A DNA stretch of 64,000 nucleotides from Lama guanicoe (Eukaryota), in NCBI GenBank assembly GCA_013239625.1, contig MU054001.1:6063078-6127077 (forward strand), read 5' to 3'. A program made the position numbers and the translations under genes. Of this stretch, positions 24,369 to 35,573 are shown piece by piece. Within the stretch, counting starts at the first letter, position 1. Every line of letters begins with the position of its first letter. Below the pieces are notes generated by a model, which made no database searches, was not told where the DNA came from, and saw only the letters and a list, made by a program, of their open reading frames with translations.

Positions 24369-27300
24369 CAAGACAGATGCCACAAAACTACCAGAATTTC
24401 CAGGGCCCTGGTGCTGCTAGAGGGGCTTTCAGGGACCCCAGGGATGTTGCAGAACTGAGCTGGGGCCTCTCAGAGGCCAGTTGACTGAGGTCTGAGCAGA
24501 GGCTGCAGCCTCACATACCCCGGACTCTTCCTGGATCCCTCCCCGCCCACTCCCTCCTTGTCCCCCAATCTTCGCCATGGAAATAACCTATCAGCCTCAA
24601 AAATGTTTCAGGGAACTTGCTCCAATTGATTCATACTTTGTGAATCATTTTAGCCTTTGTTCTCTCACCTGAGTCACATTTTCAAAAGGCTCATAGCCTG
24701 TGAGCCCCAAAACAACACTGGACGCCTCCCTGGGCTGAATTTTGCATTGGCTCACAGCCTCGTGTTCAGGAGCTATTTCATAGCAGGAGAGCAAGGAGCC
24801 CATGGCTACACTCAGTGCATCAGAGACGTTACTCTCAGAGTTAGTAGAGGTGGTGCCGTGGTTACCTCACTCTGAGAGTTATGCCCTGAATTAATGGTCC
24901 CTACAGCTGCCTTTGGTTTTACTTCCAAACCCACACAGATAGCTTAGCTGGGCAGGAGGACATAGAAATGAGGAAAGAAGAAAGTTGATATAGATTTTTA
25001 ACAATGTCTCCATGCCTTAGTTGCTGCCTCGGCAGATGGTAATACTTTGATGGGGTCGTTGTGAGGATTCCATAAGCTAAGGTTTTAATATTGCTCATCT
25101 CGGGGCTTGACACATATGAAGTTTTCTGTAAACTTAATGTTTACATTCCAGGCACCAAGCTAGGAGTGTTGGCATATCTTCTCATCTAATCATCACAAAA
25201 TCCCTATTGGGTAGATATTATTGTTCTTGTTTTATAGGCAGCTCAGGCTGTTTGTTGTAAAAAACAGAAACAGACTGGTTCTCTTAGGCAAAAAGGAATG
25301 TGATGAAAGAATATCAGGAATTCAAAGAATCGCTAGGAGGTTGGAGGACCAGGCTAAGGGGTGGGTGGGAGCCAAGGTCATGCAGCAGGACCTGTCTGGC
25401 CCACACTCCCTACCAGGTTGGACAAGGAACCGATCTCCAGATGGTCACTCCAGCTTTTACCAATTGGCAAGGTCATCAGATGGAGAAGCTGACTGTCTGA
25501 GCTTACATCAGCTACCTGTCCCCTGACTCGGGTAGGGGAGAGATGGAAGGAAGAGAAAGGATTTGTGTCCCTCAGTTTCTTTGGTAAGTGGTGAGCATAC
25601 CAACTGCCCTTCTTCAAAACTATACAATGGGTATTTCCCAATGGAGACCAGGGGTAAGGGGGATTTGATTCAGGACAGTTTACTAATCCACAGGATCACT
25701 CAAGGGATAGAGATTACAAGATGTTTAATTACTTGTTCAAGATCATTCTCTCTCTCCTACACACATGTGCACACATACACACACACACTTTAAGTAAAGA
25801 ATGAGACCTTGAAACTGTGTCTTTGGCTCTGGATCCTCCTTTCTGTCCACCTTTTTAGAACAGACTGCTGAAAAGTGAGAGGGGGAGGTATGGTTGGCAA
25901 AGGCACCAAAAAAGAAGTGAATAATAGGGTGCTCAGATGAGCCTCACAATTATATAGAGGGACACCAAAGGCAGGTCAGACCAGCCCAGATGAGAAGAGG
26001 TAGAAAGGCTATGTGGGGTGAGCTGGGAGAAGAGGCTGTCTCCTCCAGAGAGAGGGGGGAAAAGCGGGGAATGATGAAGATGAAGTAGACAAGGAGTGAG
26101 AAACAAACCATTCCTGGGGGTCCATGTCTGGACAGTGACTACATAGTCACATGTTCTCCCAGGAGAGGCTAAAACTTCAGGGCAGGCTGCCCTCTGGGTG
26201 CTGAGTCAGCACAGACTGGACTAGATGTTCCTTCAAACTCATAAATCACAGCTGTCAGGGCAGGGGCACTCTGCTGTGCACACCTTTTGTTTCAGAGACA
26301 GATGGCCACTGGAGCACGCATGTGGATTTTGTGTAGTTAGGGAACTACATGTACAGCCTGAAGTGGTTATTAGGTTAAAGAGCTGAGATAAACAAAGAAA
26401 GAAATAGTTTCTGTCCCCACCTGCCATGGGTCACAGAAGTGTTTCCCAACCTCAAGCTATTATAATATCAACTGCACTATTTTCAATGATGTTGTCCTTA
26501 TATTCAGACCCAGTTTTTAATGCAAACAAATATATTTTTTAAAAGAAATTTTAGATTTCTAGTTTGTGGTCCTCTTCTTGAAAGTTGTCACTATTTTCCA
26601 ATGATAAGTAAAAAGCTGAATAAAATAAAAAAGGAACAACTCTTAGCTCTCTCACAGAATTGAGGTCACAGGGCAAACCAAAGCCTCTCAAACTGGAGAG
26701 ACAGAGAAGCAAATACAGGGAGTCACAGCTTAATGAAGAAGAAAACTCTTGGGAACCAGTACCTGGGTAGGAAAACTTAAACTGTAACTGACAAATTGCT
26801 GGATATTCAGTGTGGACATGTCTGAAAGTTAAAAACTCTAGGGGAACGCATTCATGGGGGTCCCCATACTTTGTGAGTTTTGCCTCCAGGAGCTTGACCA
26901 GATTCTTCACAGTAAGTATCAGGGATGTTGAAATTAACAGACCAGGAATTTACAACTAACATGAATGTGCTAAAGGCTCTAATGGAAAAGTAGACAACAT
27001 GCTAGACAACATGCAAGATCAGATAGGCAATGTAATCAAAGAGATGGAAATTATAAGAAAGAATTTTTAAATGCCAGAGATCATAAGCATTATAACAGAA
27101 ATGAAAACTTCTTTCATGGGCATATTATAGACTGGACATGGCTGAGGAAAAAAATCTCAGTTTTATGATATGTCAATGAAAACATCCAAAACTAAAAAGC
27201 AAAGAGAAAAAGAAAAGACTGAAGAAAATAGAATAGAATATCCAAGGACTATGAAACAACTACGACAGGTGCACCATAAGTATAAGGGGAATACAAGAGA

Positions 27301-28028
27301 AAGAAGAAAGACAAAGGGGAACATTTGAAACAGTAATGACAGAATTTCCCATTAAATCATCCCTTTATCAGAGATAAAGGGCTTTACATAATGATGAAGG
27401 AGTCAATTCTTCAAGAAGGCAAAAACCCTTAATGTATATGCACCTAACAACAGACCATCAAATTACACAAACAAAAATGGATAGATAGAGCTGCAAAGAG
27501 AGTATACAAATCCACTATTATAGGTGGAGATTTTAACACCCCTCTATCAGAAATGGCTAGATCCATCAAGCAGAAAATCAGTAAGGACATAGTTGAACTC
27601 AACAACACCATCAATTGACTGTATATAATTAAACACCTATAAACTACTCAATCCAATAACAGCAGAATACATACTCTCAAGTTCACACAGAACATTCATC
27701 AAAATAGACCAAATTCTGGGCAAAAATCAGACCTTAACAAATTAAAAGAAATAAAAATTATACAATGTCTGTTTTCAGGCCTCAACAGAATTAAATCAGA
27801 AACCAAAACCAGAAAGATAGCTGGAAAATCTAAAACTACTTAGAGATTAAACAATATAATTCTAAATATTACATATTTCAAAGAATAAATTCTCAAAAGA
27901 AAATTAAATATATTTTAACTACATGAAAATGAAAATAAAGCATACAAATTTGAGGATGCAGCAAGAGCAGTGCTGGAAAGAAAATCTATAGCATTTAATG
28001 CATTTATTAAAAAAGCAAAAAAGATATT

Positions 28029-28811
28029 TACAAATGACAAATGCTGGAGAGGCTGTGGAGAAAAGGGAACCCCCCTTCACTGCTGGTGGGAATGCAGTTT
28101 GGTGCAGCCACTGTGGAAAACACTATGGAGATTCCTCAAAAGACTAGGAATAGACTTACCATATGACCCAGGAATCCTGCTCCTGTGCATATATCCAGAA
28201 GAAACCCTACTTCAAAATGACACCTGCACCCCAATGTTCATAGCAGCACTGTTTACGATAGCCAAGACATGGAAACAGCCTAAATGTCCATCGACAGATG
28301 ACTGGATAAAGAAGATGTGGTATATTTATACGATGGAATACTACTCAGCCATAAAAACCGACAACATAATGCCATTTGCAGCAACATGGTTGCTCCTGGA
28401 GAATGTCATTCTAAGTGAAGTAAGCCAGAAAGAGAAAGAAAAATACCATGTGAGATCACTCATATGTGGAATCTAAAAAACATACAAACAAACAAACAAA
28501 GCATAAATACAAAACAGAAATAGACTCATAGACCTAGAATACAAACTTGTGGTTGCCAAGGGGGTGGGGGTGGGAAGGGATAGACTGGGATTTCAAAATT
28601 GTAAAATAGATAAGCAAGATTATACTGTATAGCACAGGGAAATATATACAAGATCTTATGGTAGCTCACAGAGAAAAAAATGTGACAATGAATATATATA
28701 GATATATATATATATGTTCATGTATAACTGAAAAATTGTTTTCTACACTGGAATTTGACACAACAATGTAAAATGATTATAAATCAATTAAAAATGTTTA
28801 AAAAAAGAAAG
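28029..28811 (+). mobile_element. Young 5'-truncated LINE-1 (ORF2 cysteine-rich C-terminus and 3'UTR)
   Basis: Open [21 protein letters not shown]...KYHVRSLICGI*; TSD AAAAAGATATT at 28018-28028 and 28812-28822; nearly identical to 35098-35880. Confidence 0.95.
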
Positions 28812-30526
28812 AAAAAGATATTCAATCAATAAGCTTCCTTCTTAAAAAATTAGAAAAAGAGGAAATTAAATTCAAAATAAGAAGAATAAAAGAAATAATA
28901 AAATTAGAGCAAAAATCAATGAAATTGGGGGGTTGAGCCAAGATGGTGGAGTAGAGAGACTCACAGCTCGCCCTCTCCCACAAATAAACCAGGAATTACG
29001 TCTACAAACCCACTGAGTTGCACAGAACCCCTACTGAACTCTGGAAGAGTGTCTCTCACTTTTTAATACAGGGGGATTCTCCCAAAATCCAGTAAGAAAA
29101 AAAGGAAAAAGAAAAAATCAGTGCAGGATCAGTCCTGCAAAGAGTGAGTGGCATAGGAAGAAAGGCAACCTCATGCTGGGATGCTTCCCTCTGCAGCCGG
29201 GAGGTCAGTGGGGACAGAAGTGGAGCTTCTGAGCTCAGAGGAGAAAGTGGCAACTTCTTGGCAGCCAAAACTAAGGGAAACTGATGCGGAAGGTCCCTGC
29301 AATCCCCAGCCCTAGACGCAAGCCAGCAGGGATAAACCAGGACTGGCTGCTGGAGATGAGTGAGGAGCTCAGGCAGAGGGCTGGGGCTCACTGTGCAGAG
29401 GCGGCCTCAGGGGACTAGAGGGAGGTGTGAGCTCTGGCTGGGGTTGTGTGTGGAACAGAACAGCCTGGGACCCCCATAAAAAAACACCACTGTTAGTATG
29501 GAGGAGGGGGGGGCACAATACAGCTCCACAATGCTCAAGCTTTCTCTGCTTGGCTGCATTTTGGTGTATTCTTGCTAGAAGAGAGGTGGGGCCTAGTCAT
29601 AGCCATCACTGATGTGCGGAGGCATGGCTGAAAGCTAAATCTATACCCAGTGGCCCTGCAACTTCACAGGCTGGACTGTGACTTGTTACAGCCCCAGGCA
29701 GAGAGGTTGGATTTGCTCTCTCTGGACCCTTTGTGAACCCACACTTCTGGGACAAACAGGCAGTAAGCAGAGTTATGACACACAGTGGGGGTGAGTACAA
29801 ATATTTACAACAGGCTGCTGTACCATACTGTATGCGAAGATGGGGCTGGGGTCTGTGCTGACCCTGTGGTGCACCACAAATTCAGGTGGGTGGCTGTACA
29901 CTTGCTACGGTGGGCCATAGTGCCTGATGTTGGTGGATCTGCACTGGTCATTCCTGGGGCTCAGAACCTAGGGGACACCACAGCAGGTGGCCAACATTCC
30001 CTCAGCTAAGGCAGGGACAAAGGCAATGTCAACAAAGAGCACTTTGTAAGCCTGCATAACAAGTGACAGACAACACCACAGAGTGCACTTCCCAGCTGAC
30101 ATCTTCTGCCTAATCTTCCCAGCTGAATTACTCCAACCCTGCCTACTACACACAACAGCTCAGAAATGGGTCTAGAAGCTTCTATTCCAGCAACAGGGAG
30201 CAGACCAAGCCCCTGTGAAGGCTGTGACAACCACAGAACAAAAAGGAGGCCCCACTCAACAACAACAATCAGGGTAGGCTCTGAACACCACAACACCAAC
30301 CACACCCTCAATCAAAGGGATAACAGCCAATATTCATGGAAGAAAGACATGGCAACCATTCATACTAAGAACAGCCATTGCAAGAAAACTATTAGATGCA
30401 CATAGTCTACACAGGAATGGTCTCACTTTAAATAAAAATAAATAAACAAAAAATAAAACAGCCTTTCAAGACCACAGTAGATAACTGATACTCCTAAATC
30501 CATAGAGCCAGAGAAATATAAGTAAG

Positions 30527-31389
30527 ATGAAGAATCAAAAGAACCACTCTCAATTGAAAGAACAAGAGAAGTTCCCTGAAAGAACAACAATGAGATACAC
30601 CTCAACAGTCTACTAGATCAAGACTTCAAAAAGGGACTGATAAAAGCACTGAAGGAAATAGGAGAGACTATGAATAGAGACAGAGAATGCGATGAAAAAG
30701 AAATTGAAACTATAAGGAAGAGACAAGTAAAAAAACTCAGTTGCTGAGATAAGAGCTGAGGTAAAGGCAGTCAAAAGCCGACTAGATAATACAGAGAAAT
30801 GAATAAGTGACTTAGAAGACAGGATAACAGAAGTCACCCAATAAGAACAGCAGACAAAAAAGCAAGTAAAAATCAATGAAAGCAATATAAGGGAACTATG
30901 AAATAATATAAAGCATGCCAACCTATGCATAATAGGGGTCCCAGAAGGAGAAAAAATAGAAAGGGGAATTAAAAAAGTATTTGAAGAAATCATGACTGAA
31001 AACTTTCCAAGTACAAGAGGCACAGAGGGTCCCAAACAAGAAGAACCTAAACAGACCTACATCAAGACATATTATAATTAAGATGGCCAAAGTTAAAGAT
31101 AAAGAAAGAATTCCAAAGACAGCAAGAGAAAAACAAAAAGTTAGTTACAAGTGAACTCCCATAAGGCCTTCGGTTGATTTCTCTACACAAACACTACTGG
31201 CCAGAAGGGGTGGCAAGATATATTCAAAGTTCTGAAAGAGAAAAAGCTGCAACCTAGGATACTTTATCAGGCAAGATTATCCTTTAGAGTAGAAGGAGAG
31301 ATAAAGAATTTCACAGAGAAGCAAAAACTAAAAGAATTCAGCAATACTAAACCTATATTAAAAAGAATATTGAAAGGTCTACTCTAAAT
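30527..31389 (+). pseudogene. LINE-1 ORF1p, multiple stops and frameshifts
   Basis: ATGAAGAATCAAAAGAACCACTCTCAATTG start homologous to the ORF1 at 19501; ends GGTCTACTCTAA. Confidence 0.85.
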
Positions 31390-31807
31390 AGAAAAGAAAT
31401 GAAGGTATAGAAATGAGAAAACCATAATTGTAAATGCAATAACTACACTGAATTGCAAGAGAATAAACATGAATATGTAAAAAAAAATAATAAAAATAAC
31501 AAATATCAAAATCATAAAAGGTTGGAGAGGGGAGCAAGAAAATATAGATTTTTTCCTCTATTTTTTTTTCTTCATTCTTTTTAGGATGTGTTTGAGCCCA
31601 CATGACTATCAGTCTAAAGAAAACAGATATAGTAAAGGGATGACATACTTGAAAAACAAAGTAACCACAAATCAAAAGTATACAATAGAGTCACAAAAAC
31701 CAAAAGAAACCAAGCTAATACAAAAGAAAATTATCAACCCACAAAAAGAAAGACAAAAAGGAAAAGAAAGGAATGAAGAAGAAATTCCAAATCAACTGGA
31801 AAACAAA

Positions 31808-32591
31808 GATCAAAACGTCAATAAACATACGACTATAAATAATTACTATAAATGTCAATGGACTAAATGCTCCAATCAAAAGACATAGAGTGGCAGATTG
31901 GATAATAAAACAAATGTCTACAATATGCTGCCTACAAGAGACCACTTTAGAGTGAAGGACACACATAGATTGAAAGTGAGAGTTGGAAAAAGTTATTTCA
32001 TACAAATGGAAATGACAAGAAAGCAAGAGCAGCAATACTCATGTTAGACAAAATAAACTTTAAAACAAAGACCATAAAGAAAAAGAAGGGTACTAAATAA
32101 CGATCAAAGGAGCAATACAAGATGAAGATATTATACTTGTTAACATATATGTACCAAATATAGGAGCATTTAAATATATAAAACAGATACAAACAGACAT
32201 AAAGGGAGAAATTAATGGGAATACAATGACAGTAGGAGACTTTAACACCCCACTGACATCATTGGACAGGTCTTCCAGACAGAAAATCAGTAAAGCAACA
32301 GAGATAATAAATGACACAATAGAACAGTTAGATTTTGTTGATGTTTTTAGGACATTACATCCACCAAAAACAGAATATACATTATTTTCAAGTGTTCATG
32401 GAGCATTCTCTAGGATAGACCATATGTTTGGACACAAAAGAAGCCTCAACAAATTTAAGAAGACAGAAATCATTCTAAGCATCTTCTCTGACCACAAAGG
32501 CATGAAACTAGAAACCAACCACAGAAAAACAAACAAGCAAAAAATGACAGCATGGAGACTAAACAACATACTATTAAAAAATCAATGGGTC
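31808..32591 (+). pseudogene. LINE-1 ORF2 endonuclease domain, disrupted
   Basis: AATGTCAATGGACTAAAT (NVNGLN), VGDFNTPL, SRIDH and FSDH motifs of the L1 APE-like endonuclease. Confidence 0.9.
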
Positions 32592-33037
32592 TGAAAGCAC
32601 AACCATACAAAATTTATGGGACATAGCAAAGGCAGTGCTAAGAGGGAAGTTTATAGTGATACAGGCCTTCCTCAAAAAAGAAGAACAATCTCAAATAAAC
32701 AATTTAAGCTGAGAGAACTAGAAAAAGAAGAACAAAAAACCCCAAAAGGCAGCAGAAGGAAGGAAATTATAAAGATTAGGAAGGAAATAAATAAAATAGA
32801 GATTAAAAAAAAACAAGTAGAAAAAAATCAATCAAACCTAAAGCTGGTTTTTTTTTTTAAGTAAATAAAATCAACAAACCTCTGGCCAAACTCACAAAGA
32901 AGAAAAAAGAGACAGCACAAATAAGCAAAATAAGACAGGAAAATGGAGAAAGCACACCAAATAACATAGAAATTCAGAATATCATATGAGAATATTATGA
33001 AAAACTGTATGGAACCAAACTGGATAACCTAGAGGAG

Positions 33038-35541
33038 ATGGACAAGTTTCTGGAAACATACTGTCCACCAAGACTGAATCAAGAAGAATCTGAACACTTG
33101 AACAAACTGATCACTAGAAATGAAATCGAAACAGCAATAAAAAACCTCCCTGCAAATAAAAGTCCAGGACCAGACGGCTTCACCGGGGAATTCTACCACA
33201 CATACAAAGAAGAACTCATACCAGTCCTTCTCAAACTCTTCCAGAAGATTGAAAAGGAGGGAATACTCCCAAACTCATTCTATGAAGCCACCATCACCCT
33301 GATACCAAAACCAGGCAAAGACACTACCAAAAAAGAGAATTATAGGCCAATATCACTGATGAACATAATCGCCAAAATCCTCACCAAAATATTAGCAAAT
33401 AGAATCCAACAACACATAAAAAAGATTATACAACATGACCAAGTGGGATTCATCCCAGGGACACGAGGGTGGTTCAACATATGCAAATCAATCAATGTAA
33501 TACATCACATCAACAAGAGAAAGGACAAAAACTACATGATCATCTCAATAGATGCAGGAAAATCTTTTGATAAAATTCAACACCGATTTACGATAAAAAC
33601 TCTCACCAAAGTGGATATAGAGGGAACATATCTCAACATAATAAAAGCTATATATGACATACCTACAGCCAGCATGGTGAAAAACTCAAAAGCTTCCCAG
33701 TAAAATCTGGGACAAGACAAGGCTGCCCACTAACACCACTATTATTCAACATAGTCTTGGAAGTCCTAGCCACAGCAATCAGACAAGAGAGAGAAATAAA
33801 AGGGATCCAAATTGGAAAAGAAGAGGTAAAAATGTCACTATATGCTGACAGCATGTTACTATATATAGAAAACCCTAAAAGGTCCACACAAAAACTACTA
33901 GAGCTGATCGAAGAATTCAGCAAGGTAGCAGGTTACAAGATTAACGTTCAAAAATTAGTTGCGTTTCTTTACACTAATGATGAATCAACAGAAAAAGAAA
34001 GTAAAGAAACAATCCCCGTTAAAATGGCACCCAAAGTAATAAAATACTGAGGAATAAATCTAACCAAGGAGGTGACATAATTATACACAGACAACTATAA
34101 ACCATTGATGAAGGAAATTATAGAAGACTTTAAAAAATGGAAAGATATCCAATACTCTTGGATTGGTAGAATCAATATTGTTACAATGGTCACACTGCCC
34201 AAGGCAATCTACAGATTTAATGCAATCCCTATCAAATTACCCAGGACATATTTCACAGAACTAGAACAAATCATAATAAAATTTATATGGAACCATCAAA
34301 GACCTAGAATTGCTAAAGCATTACTGAAGAGAAAGAAAGAGGCTGGAGGAATAACTCTCCCAGACTTCAGACAATANNNNNNNNNNNNNNNNNNNNNNNN
34401 NNNNNNNNNNNNNNNNNNNNNNNNNNNNNNNNNNNNNNNNNNNNNNNNNNNNNNNNNNNNNNNNNNNNNNNNNNNNNNNNNNNNNNNNNNNNNNNNNNNN
34501 NNNNNNNNNNNNNNNNNNNNNNNNNNNNNNNNNNNNNNNNNNNNNNNNNNNNNNNNNNNNNNNNNNNNNNNNNNNNNNNNNNNNNNNNNNNNNNNNNNNN
34601 NNNNNNNNNNNNNNNNNNNNNNNNNNNNNNNNNNNNNNNNNNNNNNNNNNNNNNNNNNNNNNNNNNNNNNNNNNNNNNNNNNNNNNNNNNNNNNNNNNNN
34701 NNNNNNNNNNNNNNNTCCTAGAACAGTCAAGCAATAGAAATAAAAGCAAGAATAAACAAATGGGACCTAATGAAACTTACAAGCTTCTGCACAGCAAAGG
34801 AAACCAGAAGTAAAACAAAAAGACAACCTATGGAATGGGAAAAAAATTTTGCAGATAAAACCGACAAAGGCTTGATCTCCAGAATACATGAGCAGCTCAT
34901 ACAACTTAATCAGAAAAAAACAAACAACCCAATCCAAAAATGGGTAAAAGACCTAAACAAGCAATTCTCCAAGGAAGACATACAAATTATCAATAGGCAC
35001 ATGAAAAAATGCTCGGTATCAGTAATTATCAGAGAAATGCAAAACTACAATGAGGTATCACCTCACACCAGTCAGAATGGCCATCATTCAAAAATCCACA
35101 AATGACAAATGCTGGAGAGGCTGTGGAGAAAAGGGAACCCTCCTTCACTGCTGGTGGGAATGCAGTTTGGTGCAGCCATTGTGGAAAACGGTATGGAGAT
35201 TCCTCAAAAGACTAGGAATAGGCTTACCATATGACCCAGGAATCCTGCTCCTGTGCATATATCCAGAAGAAACCCTACTTCAAAATGACACCTGCACCCC
35301 AATGTTCATAGCAACACTGTTTACGATAGCCAAGACATGGAAACAGCCTAAATGTCCATCAACAGATGACTGGATAAAGAAGATGTGGTATATTTATATG
35401 ATGGAATACTACTCAGCCATAAAAACCGACAACATAACGCCATTTGCAGCAACATGGTTGCTCCTAGAGAATGTCATTCTAAGTGAAGTAAGCCAGAAAG
35501 AGAAAGAAAAATACCATATGAGACCACTCATATGCGGAATC

Positions 35542-35544
<3 letters not shown>
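33038..35544 (+). pseudogene. LINE-1 ORF2 reverse transcriptase and C-terminal domain, inactivated
   Basis: Split across ORFs 33038-33703, 33757-34050, 34105-gap, 34770-35105 and 35050-35544; catalytic (F/Y)ADD reads YADS. Confidence 0.92.
34377..34715. other. Assembly gap (339 N) inside the young L1
   Basis: Run of N; both flanks are colinear L1 ORF2. Confidence 1.

Positions 35545-35573
<29 letters not shown>

Noticed and set aside
27970..28476. 168-aa ORF as an intact gene
   Set aside because: Chance in-frame fusion of about 20 codons of the old host L1 (GTG start) to the inserted young ORF2 C-terminus.
34105..34749. Long ORFs across 34.3-34.7 kb
   Set aside because: Artefacts of translating the N gap.
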